From an uncultured Anaeroplasmataceae bacterium (GTDB lineage Bacteria; Bacillota_I; Bacilli_A; Acholeplasmatales; Anaeroplasmataceae), in the NCBI GenBank assembly GCA_944325035.1, contig CALUYM010000002.1, forward strand, positions 7,329-71,328: a stretch of DNA of 64,000 nt, written 5' to 3'. Every line of letters starts with the position of its first letter. Position 1 is the stretch's first letter. Positions 19,607 through 30,956 of this stretch are shown in pieces. The translations under genes were made by a program, and so were the position numbers. The notes beneath the pieces are model-generated. The model searched no databases and had not been told where the DNA came from. It saw nothing but the letters and a program-made list of their open reading frames with translations.

Positions 19607-21370
19607 ATGCTAAATTTTATTAAGAATATGAGGTGGTTTATTCGTAAAAACCTATACTTTTATATCCCAATTTTCATTTTAGGAATTATTCAGGCATTAA
19701 TTTCATTATTACCAGCATTTATATTGGGAAACTTTACAGAACATGTAACTGATTTAAATCTTACTAAAAATTATTTAATATACAATGTAGCAATATTTAG
19801 CATAGCTACAGCTATATTAATTTATGTTGTAACAACTACTAAAAGATTAATTCAAGTAAGATTAGAAACTAAACTTTTTTATGCATTACAAGTTAGGTAT
19901 ATGCAAAACATTATAATTCAAGATGCGACATTTTTCGAGAACTTTCAGTCTGGTGACCTGCTAACAAGAGCATTAGGCGATGTTAAACAAGTAAACTTTT
20001 CGGGAGGTAACCGATTACTTAATATTAGTTTTGAAGCCACAGTTGTAATCGTTAATTTAGTCGCAATGTGCTTAATCCATCCTCTTTTAACATTGGTTTC
20101 AGCATTACCTTTAGTGTTAATTTTTATTGCGAATATTCTATTAAGAGTAAAAGTAAAAAGAAATTGGTTGAATGTTAGAAAAGCTTCATCAGAAATGGGA
20201 AATGTTATTTTAGAAAGTATTACAAATGTAAGAACAATTCGTGCTTTTTCAAAAGAAGATGAAAATTATGCTAAAAATTTAGCTGAATCTAAGCGTGTTT
20301 ATGATATTGAAAGGAAAAACTTGAAAATAAATGTTGCTTTTCAACCTATTTTTGAATCAATTACAGCTGTATCATTAATGATAGCATATGGATTTGCATC
20401 TTGGATATTAATTGATGAAGTTTCAGTATCTTTTACGGTAGCAGCATTTGTTCAATTTATTGTTTATTTAAACAGTTTAACAAGACCATTAACAAATATT
20501 GGAAACATGTTAACTAATTTTTATCAAAGTATTATTTCACTTGAACGTTTAAACGAAATTTATGAATCTAAATCTGTCATTATTGATAAGCCAGATGCAA
20601 TAGTCTTAAATAAGGTTAAACAAGTGGAATTTAAAGATATATCATTTACATACCCTAATGATGAAACTCCAGTTTTAAATCATATAAATTTAGTTATTAA
20701 TGAGGGAGATACGATTGGCATTGTTGGAAAAACAGGCTCTGGTAAATCAACGCTAGTACGTCAACTTATGCGTCAGTTTCCTATTACACAGGGTGAGATA
20801 TTGATAAATGGTATTAACATAAAAGATTATACTAAAGAAAGTGTAAGAGAACATATCGGATATGTTCCACAAGAGCACACGCTTTTTTCACGCAGTATTT
20901 TTAAAAATGTTGCTTTGGGAACAATTCATGCTTTTGATGATAAAGATATCTATGATGCTATTAATATGGCAGATTTTTCAAAGGATATTATAAATTTGCA
21001 AGATGGTTTGAACACGATTGTTGGCGAATATGGGGTTACATTATCAGGAGGCCAAAAGCAAAGATTATCAATAGCTCGTGCATTTATGAAAAATGCAGAT
21101 GTTATGATTTTAGATGATTCATTGAGCGCAGTTGATGGGAAAACTGAATCCAATATTATTAAGAATTTGAAGAAGTATCGTTCAAATAAAACAAATATAA
21201 TAGTTGCACATCGACTTTCTGCAGTTATGCATGCGACTAATATTATAGTTTTAGACCAAGGTTCAATTATAGAAGAAGGAACTCATGATGAATTGATGAA
21301 ATTAGGTGGTTATTATGCCCGCTTATTCCATGAACAAGAAATGGTAAAGGATGGTGAGAATAATGAGTAA
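19607..21370 (+). CDS. ABC exporter, fused permease/ATPase (heterodimer subunit 1)
   Basis: Six-TM N-terminal domain followed by an NBD with Walker A GKTGSGKST, signature LSGGQKQR and Walker B ILDDSLSAVD. Confidence 0.9.
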   Translation: MLNFIKNMRWFIRKNLYFYIPIFILGIIQALISLLPAFILGNFTEHVTDLNLTKNYLIYNVAIFSIATAILIYVVTTTKRLIQVRLETKLFYALQVRYMQNIIIQDATFFENFQSGDLLTRALGDVKQVNFSGGNRLLNISFEATVVIVNLVAMCLIHPLLTLVSALPLVLIFIANILLRVKVKRNWLNVRKASSEMGNVILESITNVRTIRAFSKEDENYAKNLAESKRVYDIERKNLKINVAFQPIFESITAVSLMIAYGFASWILIDEVSVSFTVAAFVQFIVYLNSLTRPLTNIGNMLTNFYQSIISLERLNEIYESKSVIIDKPDAIVLNKVKQVEFKDISFTYPNDETPVLNHINLVINEGDTIGIVGKTGSGKSTLVRQLMRQFPITQGEILINGINIKDYTKESVREHIGYVPQEHTLFSRSIFKNVALGTIHAFDDKDIYDAINMADFSKDIINLQDGLNTIVGEYGVTLSGGQKQRLSIARAFMKNADVMILDDSLSAVDGKTESNIIKNLKKYRSNKTNIIVAHRLSAVMHATNIIVLDQGSIIEEGTHDELMKLGGYYARLFHEQEMVKDGENNE

Positions 21371-23180
21371 AGTATATGATAAGTATTCAAAATCTGGCCT
21401 TTTAAAAAGAACATTTCCCTATTTAGTAAAAAATAAATACAAATTGATATTTTGTATTCTTTGTGTAATTTCAATTGCTTTTTTACAAACTTATACTCCT
21501 CGGATTACTAAAAGTATTCTAGATGATTATATTGTAAATGCAAATTTGAATGTTAACGTTAAATATAAAGCTATTTACAATTTATTGATGTTATATGGTG
21601 GATTAACCATCATTACAATTTTCTTACGCTATTTTCAAAATTATGTTTTGAATTTAATCGGAATGAATATTGAACGTTTGATAAGAGAAGAAGCTATATT
21701 AAAAGTAAATCATTTACCAGTTGATTATTTCAGTCTAGAACCAGATGGTAAAATTGTATCGAAAATTACATCTGACTCTAACGGAGTAAGAACGTATTTT
21801 ACGATGTTTTTTTCCATCACACAAGCAATAATTAACTTAATTGCAGTTTATGTGGGGATGATTTTTCTTCAATGGCAATTAGCGATCATTATATTAATTG
21901 CATCACCAATTATTATAGTGTGGATAACTTATTACCGAAAGAAAGTTCATGCACATTTTACAGAATTAAGAGAAACTAGCTCACGTATTACAGGTAAATT
22001 AAATGAGTTAATATCTGGTGCTTTAATAATTCAAGCATTCAATCAAGAAGATTATATGCTAGGAGATTATAAAGATTTAGTTAATGAATATAATTATCAA
22101 AATAAACTTGTAAAAACAATTTCAGCTTATTTTGGATTTGAACTTTTAAGTTTAATAAAAAATTTGATAACAGCGGGAATTCTAATTTATTTTGGATGTG
22201 CTTATTTTAATATTGGTGGTATTGTAGTAACAGCTGGTATTATTACAACATTTACAAGCTATCTAGATAAGATGATTAATCCGATTAATACTATTTTTAA
22301 TAACTTAAATGATTTAGAGGATAGTTTAGTTGCGGCTAATCGTGTCTATATGTTCATAGATGAAGCAAATGATACGAGAATTTTTGATGGTATAAAGGAC
22401 ATTGAACCATTTACAGGTAATATTGAATTTAAAAATGTAAGATTTTCTTATGTGAAAGAAAAAGAAGTACTACATGGAATTAATTTAAAAGTTAAAGCTG
22501 GAGAAACAGTTGGAATTGTAGGACACACTGGTTCAGGTAAATCGTCTTTAATGAATTTACTTTTACAATACAATGATACTGATAGTGGAGAAATCTTAGT
22601 TGATGGAATTAATATTGAAACATTAAATAAAGCTAAATATCGAGAACAATGCGGAATAGTTTTACAAACACCAGCTCTTTTTAAAGGAACGCTTAAAAGT
22701 AATGTTACTATGGAAAGGAATTATTCAGATGAAGAAGTAGAAAATGCTTTACGTGAAGTTGGTGCTGGATATATGATTGATAAAAGTAAAGATGGTATTT
22801 ATGCACCTGTAAGCTTTAAGGGTGAGAACATGTCATTAGGTGAAAAGCAATTAATTGCATTTGCACGTATATTACTTAGAAATCCGAAAATACTAGTTTT
22901 AGATGAGGCAACAGCCAATATTGATACTGATACAGAAATGAAGATTAAGCATGCGATGGATGTAGTCACTAAGGGAAGAACAACATTTATTATTGCGCAC
23001 CGTTTATCAACTATCAAAGATGCTGATAAAATTGTAGTGTTAGATAGCGGCTTAATTAAGGGTGAGGGTAGTCATGATAGTTTATATCAAACTTCACCTA
23101 TCTATAAAGATATGTATGATAGTCAATATGAAACAATTTTGGCTAAGCGTAAATTAGAAAATAAGAAGATAGAAGCATAA
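21363..23180 (+). CDS. ABC exporter, fused permease/ATPase (heterodimer subunit 2)
   Basis: Walker A GHTGSGKSS, a degenerate signature motif LSLGEKQL and Walker B LVLDEATANID. It overlaps the upstream partner. ATG 21363 is preferred over 21351 on RBS spacing. Confidence 0.85.
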   Translation: MSKVYDKYSKSGLLKRTFPYLVKNKYKLIFCILCVISIAFLQTYTPRITKSILDDYIVNANLNVNVKYKAIYNLLMLYGGLTIITIFLRYFQNYVLNLIGMNIERLIREEAILKVNHLPVDYFSLEPDGKIVSKITSDSNGVRTYFTMFFSITQAIINLIAVYVGMIFLQWQLAIIILIASPIIIVWITYYRKKVHAHFTELRETSSRITGKLNELISGALIIQAFNQEDYMLGDYKDLVNEYNYQNKLVKTISAYFGFELLSLIKNLITAGILIYFGCAYFNIGGIVVTAGIITTFTSYLDKMINPINTIFNNLNDLEDSLVAANRVYMFIDEANDTRIFDGIKDIEPFTGNIEFKNVRFSYVKEKEVLHGINLKVKAGETVGIVGHTGSGKSSLMNLLLQYNDTDSGEILVDGINIETLNKAKYREQCGIVLQTPALFKGTLKSNVTMERNYSDEEVENALREVGAGYMIDKSKDGIYAPVSFKGENMSLGEKQLIAFARILLRNPKILVLDEATANIDTDTEMKIKHAMDVVTKGRTTFIIAHRLSTIKDADKIVVLDSGLIKGEGSHDSLYQTSPIYKDMYDSQYETILAKRKLENKKIEA

Positions 23181-23280
23181 TTTTTGCAATTATCCCATAA
23201 TTCTTCATTGTATTTTAAGAATTATATTAAGTTTTTAAGACTATTTTAAGCTATAATACATATTATGAAAGGGTGATTGG

Positions 23281-24264
23281 ATGAACATATTTAGTTATAT
23301 TTTAGATGTATTCATATTAATGATTACGACTTACTTTTTTAATCAAATCTTATTAATATTATTATCATTTATGAGATCAAATAAACAACGCCGACTATGG
23401 TCAGGCATTTTATTAACTGTTTTAGACTTTGCATTAATTTGGGTTTATGCGTTAAATGTTTTTGTAATAGCAATAAAATCACCATCAATTAGCTCAACAG
23501 CTAGTGAAATTGTATTTGGATGTATGCGTATAGCCGGAGTTGTGTTTATATATCTTTTCTTTATGACAGCAATTTTCGGTAAAATTAGATTAAAGACGAG
23601 AAGACAAAAGGAGTTTGAAAGAGCTATGGGAAATCGAAATAAAAACTATTTAACACCAATTTTAATCTTTAGTATTGCATTAGTAGCTGGAATTATTGGA
23701 TGGATTTTTTATCATATTAATTATATTAGTGACTATAGTACTGACTTATGGATTTCACGTGTTATAACTATTGTATCAGCTATTGGGTTGGCTTATTTTG
23801 CAACTAAGGCTATTGTAGAAAAAAAGAAACCTGTACAAAATATGAATTTTTCATCAAACTTTAATTCGGGCTTTACAAGACCAAATAATCCTCAAAGTGA
23901 CACTTTTACAGTTCCTAAAGAAAATTTTAAAGAAAGAACATGTGTTTTTATAATTCAAGAAAATGATGATTGTCATTTTTACAAAGGAACTTATCGTGGA
24001 AAAGTTGCGTTAAATGAACTAGTTGGTAATATTGGAGATTATTATTATATTTCAAGTTATGGAATATTGAAAGCTAAAGGTGAAGAATATGATTTGTTTG
24101 GTGTTAAGACATCTTATTTTGATGATAATCTTTTCAACCAGATTAAACTAGCTCCTTTCTCATCAAAAGAAGTAGAAGCAATTATTCCATATTTAGAAAA
24201 AAATCATGCAAAAGTTTTTGAATTAGATGAGAATAATAATCCCATTAATAGTTTTGATGCATAA
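23281..24264 (+). CDS. Hypothetical membrane protein (about 5 TM segments plus a roughly 130-aa soluble C-terminal domain)
   Basis: 327-aa ORF with GGGTGA 5 nt upstream and a hairpin terminator GAGTGG..CCACTC downstream. I recognised no family motif. Confidence 0.5.
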   Translation: MNIFSYILDVFILMITTYFFNQILLILLSFMRSNKQRRLWSGILLTVLDFALIWVYALNVFVIAIKSPSISSTASEIVFGCMRIAGVVFIYLFFMTAIFGKIRLKTRRQKEFERAMGNRNKNYLTPILIFSIALVAGIIGWIFYHINYISDYSTDLWISRVITIVSAIGLAYFATKAIVEKKKPVQNMNFSSNFNSGFTRPNNPQSDTFTVPKENFKERTCVFIIQENDDCHFYKGTYRGKVALNELVGNIGDYYYISSYGILKAKGEEYDLFGVKTSYFDDNLFNQIKLAPFSSKEVEAIIPYLEKNHAKVFELDENNNPINSFDA

Positions 24265-24711
24265 ATATATTGGATTTAAAATATTTGATTCATTGAACTA
24301 TAAATAATTGGAGTGGTATAAAGCCACTCTTTTTCTTATAATGACAATTTATCAACTAAATTTCTTCAAATTATAATATTTCATCTTGGACTTGAAAAAT
24401 ATTTGTTAGTGTTCGTTAGAGTATATACAAAAAGATGAAGTATCATATGTAATATAAAAATAAAATTATTAAAATTTATATATTGCTAATCAATAATTTT
24501 ATGATTAAATAGCGCAATCATAAAAAAACAATATTTAGGATAGTTAGATATTTTAAATATATTAACCACTAGATAATATAAATTATATATATAAAAATGT
24601 AAAATAAAGCGACTTATAACCCATATTGTTTGTAAATCTTATGGTATTATAGTATAATATTTTTCGTGAAATTAAAGTTTCACCAAAATGGGTAATTGTG
24701 AGGTTGCTAAT

Positions 24712-26172
24712 ATGCCTAAAATTGGGTTAAGAAATATAAAAACGGCATTTTCCGTATTTATTTGTTTACTGATTTATTTTCTTATCATCTTGTGTTCTTA
24801 TTTAGGATACAAAGATTGGAGTAGGAGTATTAAGTTAGCCTCAACTATTTATACACCATTCTTCGCTTGTATCGCAACAGCGTATTCAGTTTCCACCGAC
24901 AAGGGAAAATCTCTCTCTCAAGCTAAACTTCGCTGTCTAGCATCTCTTGTTGGCGGAACTTTAGGGGTTATAATTATTGCGATTTATATTTATGTATTAA
25001 AACAGGATTGGCCATTCTCACATATTAGTTCGATTGGAATACCTGCTCAAGGATTTGAAGCTTCGGACATGAATAGTCAATTTATGCTAAGTTTTATTGC
25101 CCCTGTTATTTTAACTGGATTAGGAACGATTTTAGTTATTTGGGTATGTAATCTAATTCATCATGCGGAATTATCATTTGTTGCAGTTTTAACTTTCACT
25201 GCTGTCATGGTTAGCTTGGGGACAAATCCGATTGTATATGGCCCTAATCGTATTTTTTCTACAATTGTTGGAGTTCTAGTTGCACTTGGTGTTAACTTGT
25301 TTAAGTTGCCACATTATAGAGATAAATCTAAATTATTTATTATTTCGCTTGATGGTTTTTACACAAAAGAAACGCATAAGTTAAGTGGATATAATGAATA
25401 TAAAATTCGCCACTTACAAAATGATGGGGCAAATATTACATATTTTTCAAATCGAACTCCTGAGGGAATGATATCATTGATGGGACATATGGAACCAAAA
25501 TTACCAGTTATTTGTATGTCTGGAGCTGCGCTATATGATATTGAGAAAAAAGAATATCTTTATATTGAAAATATTGATAAAAAAATAAGTAGTAAATTTC
25601 TATCATTTTTAGATAAAAATAAACTTAATTCATTTGTAAGTTTTGTTGAAGATAATGTCTTATATACATATATTAAGAATATTACCAATGAAGCCGAAGC
25701 GGCTTTTTTCAAAAAACGTAAAGATAGTGCTTATGGATGCTTAATTCATGGTCAAATTTTTGATAAACCAATATGTTATTTTATGATTATTGAAAAAAAG
25801 GATAGAATTAATGAAATTATTGAAGAAATTAAAAAATTAGATTTTTACAACGAATTGCTGTTACTTGAATATACATCTGAAGAGATTATGGATAATAATG
25901 ATTTTAATGAATTTATATATCTTAAAATTTATTCAAAAAGATTAGATAATTTAAATGTATTATCTAAATTACAATCTGAATATCAATTAATTGGTGCGGG
26001 TAAGCACCGATATGATGATATATTACTATCTAAATGTAAACATAAAGTTACAACTTTAGATGGTAAAGAAATATTAAAAGTACCTTCAATAAAGGTATTA
26101 AATACAATGAATACGGAAAAAGTATTTAAGGAGCTTGGAAAAAGCTATCATAGTAGAAATTATGAGGAGTGA
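24712..26172 (+). CDS. Fusion protein: ArAE/FUSC-like membrane domain plus a degenerate Cof-type HAD-like domain
   Basis: The N-terminus PKIGLRNIKTAFSVF resembles the aromatic acid exporter (UPF0421) family. The C-terminal half aligns by eye to HAD-IIB, but motif I reads IISLDGF, with Ser in place of the nucleophile Asp. ATG 24712 follows GAGG. Confidence 0.55.
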   Translation: MPKIGLRNIKTAFSVFICLLIYFLIILCSYLGYKDWSRSIKLASTIYTPFFACIATAYSVSTDKGKSLSQAKLRCLASLVGGTLGVIIIAIYIYVLKQDWPFSHISSIGIPAQGFEASDMNSQFMLSFIAPVILTGLGTILVIWVCNLIHHAELSFVAVLTFTAVMVSLGTNPIVYGPNRIFSTIVGVLVALGVNLFKLPHYRDKSKLFIISLDGFYTKETHKLSGYNEYKIRHLQNDGANITYFSNRTPEGMISLMGHMEPKLPVICMSGAALYDIEKKEYLYIENIDKKISSKFLSFLDKNKLNSFVSFVEDNVLYTYIKNITNEAEAAFFKKRKDSAYGCLIHGQIFDKPICYFMIIEKKDRINEIIEEIKKLDFYNELLLLEYTSEEIMDNNDFNEFIYLKIYSKRLDNLNVLSKLQSEYQLIGAGKHRYDDILLSKCKHKVTTLDGKEILKVPSIKVLNTMNTEKVFKELGKSYHSRNYEE

Positions 26173-26176
26173 AATT

Positions 26177-26989
26177 ATGTCACAAACAATTGAAATTAAA
26201 GACTTACATGCAAGAATTCCAGAAAAAGAAATTCTAAAAGGAGTTAACTTAACAATTAAAACTGGTGAAATCCACGCTATTATGGGTCCTAATGGAACAG
26301 GTAAATCAACTTTATCAAGTGTAATTATGGGAAATCCTAAATATGAAGTTACATCAGGAGAAATCATTTTAAATGGTGAAAATATTAATGATTTAGCAGT
26401 TGATGAACGTGCTCGTAAAGGGTTATTTATTGCTTATCAATATCCGATGGAAGTACCAGGAGTTACAAATAGTGACTTTGTAAGAACGGCGATGAAATCT
26501 TGTGGACAAGATACTTCATTATTCAAATTTATTAAAGGGTATGAGAAAGCTTGTAAAGAATTAGAAATGCCTGAGGATTTAGCTCATCGTTACTTAAACG
26601 CCGGTTTTTCTGGTGGAGAGAAAAAGCGTAATGAAATCTTACAAATGAAGATGCTAAAACCTAAGTTTGCAATTTTAGATGAGATTGACTCTGGTCTTGA
26701 CGTTGATGCTTTACGCATTGTTGGAGAAAATGTATCAAATATGGTCTCTGATGATTTTGGTTGTCTACTAATCACTCACTACGAAAGACTATTGGACTAC
26801 ATCAAACCTGATTATGTTCATATAATGATTAATGGACGTATCGTTATGACAGGTGGTCGTGAATTAATTAAAAAAATTGATCAAGAAGGTTATTCTTGGG
26901 TCAAAAAAGAATTAGGAATCACAATTGAAAATGATGATGAAAAGGAAACACATGTAGTTTTAGGTGCATGTGCTAACAATTTAAAATAA
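26177..26989 (+). CDS. sufC: Fe-S cluster assembly ATPase SufC
   Basis: Walker A GPNGTGKST, FSGGEKKRNE and ILDEIDSGLD. ATG 26177 follows GAGGAG; the track start at 26135 overlaps the upstream gene. Confidence 0.95.
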   Translation: MSQTIEIKDLHARIPEKEILKGVNLTIKTGEIHAIMGPNGTGKSTLSSVIMGNPKYEVTSGEIILNGENINDLAVDERARKGLFIAYQYPMEVPGVTNSDFVRTAMKSCGQDTSLFKFIKGYEKACKELEMPEDLAHRYLNAGFSGGEKKRNEILQMKMLKPKFAILDEIDSGLDVDALRIVGENVSNMVSDDFGCLLITHYERLLDYIKPDYVHIMINGRIVMTGGRELIKKIDQEGYSWVKKELGITIENDDEKETHVVLGACANNLK

Positions 26990-27762
26990 TGAAAAAAATT
27001 GATATTACTAATATTGAAAATTTAACTATAAAAGAAGATGCAATTTTAATTGGTAAACAAGAAAATTTAAATTTAGTCTTACCTGCTTTTGCATCAGTTC
27101 AAATTGTTTTAACTGATTTAAATGTTAAAAATTTAAACTTAAGTTTAGAAGAAAATAGTAGTTTAAAATGTGATTCCTATGAATTTAGTGATAAAGATAT
27201 TAATCTAAATATTCAATTAGCAAGAAATTCTAGTCTTAAGTTAAAAACAATTGCTAGCTTGTCTTTAGAAGAAAAACTAAATGTATTTTTAAATGGAGAA
27301 AATGCTTCTTTTGATAGTAGTTTTTTAGTTTTTGCTAAAAATAGTCAATCTAATATTACAACTAATGTTTTTCATAAAGCTAAATATACTACTTCCAATG
27401 TATCAAACTATGGAATTAGTTTAGTCAACGGTGGTGTGACTTATACAACAACAGGCAAGATTGAGCGTGGATTTAGTGGTTCTTCTTGTGTACAACTATC
27501 TAGAGGTATCATTGCCGGTGATAAAGCTTATGTGAAAGCTTTACCAATCCTTCTAATTGATGAATATGATGTTAAAGCTAATCACGGAGCCTCAATTGGA
27601 AAAATGTCAGATGATGAATTATTTTATTTAATGAGTAGAGGGCTTAATAAACAAGAAGCATTTAAATTAATTTTATCAGGAATTATCAACCCTTTCTTAG
27701 AAAGTTTAGTTGATGATAATTACCGTGAACAAATTTCAGAATCGATTTATCGATTAATTTAA
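26989..27762 (+). CDS. sufD: Fe-S cluster assembly protein SufD (short form)
   Basis: C-terminal SufB/D signature [21 protein letters not shown]. It sits between sufC and sufS. Confidence 0.75.
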   Translation: MKKIDITNIENLTIKEDAILIGKQENLNLVLPAFASVQIVLTDLNVKNLNLSLEENSSLKCDSYEFSDKDINLNIQLARNSSLKLKTIASLSLEEKLNVFLNGENASFDSSFLVFAKNSQSNITTNVFHKAKYTTSNVSNYGISLVNGGVTYTTTGKIERGFSGSSCVQLSRGIIAGDKAYVKALPILLIDEYDVKANHGASIGKMSDDELFYLMSRGLNKQEAFKLILSGIINPFLESLVDDNYREQISESIYRLI

Positions 27763-27775
27763 AAAGGTGAAAAAT

Positions 27776-28981
27776 ATGAATGTAACAAATTTAAAGAAAG
27801 AATTTCCGGTTTTTGATAAACACCCAAACCTTTGTTATTTGGATAGTGCAGCTTCTAGTTTAAAACCTAGATGTGTTATTGAAATGATGGATTATTATTA
27901 TAACAATTTAGCTTGTAATGTTCATCGTGGTGTTTATGAATTATCTTATGAAGCGACTGATTTATATGAAAATGCTCGTCATAAGATTGCTAAATTTATC
28001 AATTCCAAATTTGAAGAAGTTGTATTTACGCGAGGAACTTCTGCCGCTTTGAATTTAGTTGCACAAAGCTATGGGATGGATAATTTAGAAGAAGGCGATG
28101 AGGTAATAACGTCTGAGTTAGAACATCATTCTTCACACATGCCATGGTTTAATGTATGTAAGCGAAAAAAGGCAATATTAAAATACATACCACTTACTAA
28201 AGAAGGTAGAATTACAATTGAAAACTTTAAAAAAGTTTTAACAGCTAAGACAAAAATTGTCGCTTTAACCTATGTTTCGAACGTTATGGGGTATATTACA
28301 CCAATTAAGGAAATTATAGAGTTATGTCACAGACAAGGCGCGATTGTCATAGTAGATGCAGCTCAAGCGATTCCTCATATGAAAGTTGATGTAAAAGACT
28401 TGGATTGTGATTTTTTAGCTTTCTCAGGCCATAAAATGTGTGGTCCGACTGGAATTGGTGTTTTATATGGTAAATCAAAGTTACTAAATCAAATGGAACC
28501 GATTGATTTTGGTGGAGATATGGCTGATGTGGTAACTTTGGACAGTCAAACATATAAGGATGCACCATATAAATTTGAAACAGGAACACCGCCTATTGCA
28601 GAAGCGATTGGTTTGGGTCGTGCTTGTGATTTTTTAGATAGTATAGGTCTTGAAGAAATTAAGGCTTATGAAAAAATGTTGGCGCATAAAGCGATTGAAC
28701 TATTAAGTCAAATTCCAGATGTTGAAATTTATAATAAAACAACAGATACGGGTGTAATTGCATTTAATATAAATGGAGTTCATCCTCATGATGCAGCTAG
28801 TATCTATGATAAAAATGGTGTTTGTATTCGTGCAGGGCACCACTGTGCACAATTGATTACTAATTTTTTAGGGCAAATTTCCACTACAAGAGCTTCATTC
28901 TATTTTTATAATACAATGGATGATGTTAAAAGATTAGTTGATAGTGTAAGAGAAGCCCGTGAATTTTTTAAAGCATTTTAG
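27776..28981 (+). CDS. sufS: Cysteine desulfurase SufS
   Basis: Class V aminotransferase with the PLP-lysine motif FSGHKMCGPTG and the active-site region RAGHHCAQ. Confidence 0.9.
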   Translation: MNVTNLKKEFPVFDKHPNLCYLDSAASSLKPRCVIEMMDYYYNNLACNVHRGVYELSYEATDLYENARHKIAKFINSKFEEVVFTRGTSAALNLVAQSYGMDNLEEGDEVITSELEHHSSHMPWFNVCKRKKAILKYIPLTKEGRITIENFKKVLTAKTKIVALTYVSNVMGYITPIKEIIELCHRQGAIVIVDAAQAIPHMKVDVKDLDCDFLAFSGHKMCGPTGIGVLYGKSKLLNQMEPIDFGGDMADVVTLDSQTYKDAPYKFETGTPPIAEAIGLGRACDFLDSIGLEEIKAYEKMLAHKAIELLSQIPDVEIYNKTTDTGVIAFNINGVHPHDAASIYDKNGVCIRAGHHCAQLITNFLGQISTTRASFYFYNTMDDVKRLVDSVREAREFFKAF

Positions 28982-28990
28982 GAGGCATTT

Positions 28991-29434
28991 ATGGCATCAA
29001 AATTAGAAGAATTATATCGTGATGTAATTATGGATAATGCTAAAAATCCGAAAAATAAAGGTTTACTAAAAGATCCAAAATATCAATTTGTTCATTTTAA
29101 AAATCCTTCATGTGGAGATGATATTAATGTTGAAGTTCAAATTGAAAATGGAATTATTAAAGATATTCGCCAAGATGGAACAGGATGTTCAATTTCAATG
29201 TCATCTGCATCTGTTATGAGCGATGTTTTAAAAGGACATACTGTTAAGGACGCTTTAGCCATTATTAATGAATTTTATACTCTTGTTAAGGGCGAAGAAA
29301 TTGCAATGGAAGATGAATTGGGAGAAGCTGTAGCTTATGCCGGTGTTAGCCAATTTCCTGCTCGCATTAAGTGTGCGACCTTAGCTTGGAAAGCAATTGA
29401 GCAAGCTATAAACGAAAGTGAAACTAAAGAATAA
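28991..29434 (+). CDS. sufU: SUF system Fe-S scaffold/sulfur acceptor SufU
   Basis: [19 protein letters not shown] and RIKCATLAW cysteine motifs. Confidence 0.9.
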   Translation: MASKLEELYRDVIMDNAKNPKNKGLLKDPKYQFVHFKNPSCGDDINVEVQIENGIIKDIRQDGTGCSISMSSASVMSDVLKGHTVKDALAIINEFYTLVKGEEIAMEDELGEAVAYAGVSQFPARIKCATLAWKAIEQAINESETKE

Positions 29435-29472
29435 TCGTACATATTTCCTACGATAGAAAAGAGGAAGATATA

Positions 29473-30873
29473 ATGACAAATAAAGACGAACTAATCGATG
29501 ACGATTACAAATATGGTTTCAAAACTGAAACTAAGCCAGTATTAGACTCGGGAAGAGGTTTGAATGAGGATGTAATTCGTTTTATTTCAAAGACCAAAAA
29601 TGAGCCAGAATGGATGTTAAATTTCCGCTTAAAAAGTTATGAGGCTTTTAAAAAGATTGAAAATCCAGCTTGGGGACCAGATTTAAGTCAAATCAATTTT
29701 GATGATTATACATATTATATAAAATCAACAAACAATCAAGGACATAATTGGGATGAAGTACCAGAAGAAATTAAAGAAACATTTGATAAGTTAGGAATTC
29801 CTGAGGCTGAACACAAGTTTTTAGCAGGTGCTTCTACACAATTTGAATCAGAAGTTGTATATCATAATAATTTAAAGGAACTTGATGATGCTGGAGTTAT
29901 TTTTTGTGATACAGATACAGCGTTAAGAGAATACCCAGAATTGTTAAAAGAATATATGGGAGTATTAGTTCCACCAACTGATAATAAGTATGCTGCTTTA
30001 AATAGTGCTGTATGGTCAGGTGGTTCAGTTATTTATGTACCTAAAGGTGTTAAGTTAACAAAGCCAGTTCAATCATATTTTAGAATTAATAGTGAAAGAA
30101 TGGGTCAATTTGAACGAACACTGATTATTGTTGATGAGGGTGCATCAATTCATTATGTAGAAGGATGTACAGCACCAATTTATTCAAAAGATTCATTGCA
30201 CGCTGCCGTAGTTGAAATTTATGTAAAAAAAGGTGGATATTGTCGTTATTCAACTGTACAAAATTGGGCTGATAATATTGTAAATTTAGTTACAAAACGT
30301 ACATTAGTTGAAGAAAATGGAACAATGGAATGGATTGATGGAAATATTGGATCTGGTTTAAATATGAAATATCCATGTTGTGTTTTAAAAGGCGATAATG
30401 CAAAGGGTACATGTGTAACTATCGCTTTTGCTTCAAAAAACCAATTTCAAGATACCGGAGCAAAGATGATTCATATTGGAAAAAATACGACTTCAACGAT
30501 TATCTCTAAATCAATTGCTCGTGGTGGTGGAAAAGTTAACTATCGTGGAATGGTACGAGCATTAGATAATGCAAAGGGTGCACGCAGTCATATTGAATGC
30601 GATACACTTCTTTTAGATGCTATTTCAACATCAGATACTATCCCTTTGAATGAAGGAAGAAATGACGAAATGTATATTGAGCATGAAGCTTCGGTTTCAA
30701 AAGTAAATGAAGATCAACTATTTTATTTAATGAGTCGTGGATTAACTGAGGAAGAAGCCACTAAAATGATTGTAATGGGGTTTATCGAACCTTTTGCTAA
30801 AGAATTACCAATGGAATATGCAGTTGAACTAAATCGCTTAATTAATTTGAATATGGATGGTTCGATTGGCTAA
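29473..30873 (+). CDS. sufB: Fe-S cluster assembly protein SufB
   Basis: 466 aa. YGF near the N-terminus, EGCTAP and C-terminal [12 protein letters not shown], in operon context. Confidence 0.95.
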   Translation: MTNKDELIDDDYKYGFKTETKPVLDSGRGLNEDVIRFISKTKNEPEWMLNFRLKSYEAFKKIENPAWGPDLSQINFDDYTYYIKSTNNQGHNWDEVPEEIKETFDKLGIPEAEHKFLAGASTQFESEVVYHNNLKELDDAGVIFCDTDTALREYPELLKEYMGVLVPPTDNKYAALNSAVWSGGSVIYVPKGVKLTKPVQSYFRINSERMGQFERTLIIVDEGASIHYVEGCTAPIYSKDSLHAAVVEIYVKKGGYCRYSTVQNWADNIVNLVTKRTLVEENGTMEWIDGNIGSGLNMKYPCCVLKGDNAKGTCVTIAFASKNQFQDTGAKMIHIGKNTTSTIISKSIARGGGKVNYRGMVRALDNAKGARSHIECDTLLLDAISTSDTIPLNEGRNDEMYIEHEASVSKVNEDQLFYLMSRGLTEEEATKMIVMGFIEPFAKELPMEYAVELNRLINLNMDGSIG

Positions 30874-30927
30874 AATAAATATTATTATTAAAACTAAAGA
30901 TAAAAGGTAAGAATAAATATAAGAATG

Positions 30928-30956
30928 GTATGTCTATAAAAAGGACATACTTTTTT
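30928..30956 (+). terminator. Rho-independent terminator of the suf operon
   Basis: Stem GTATGTC / GACATAC followed by TTTTTT. Confidence 0.7.
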
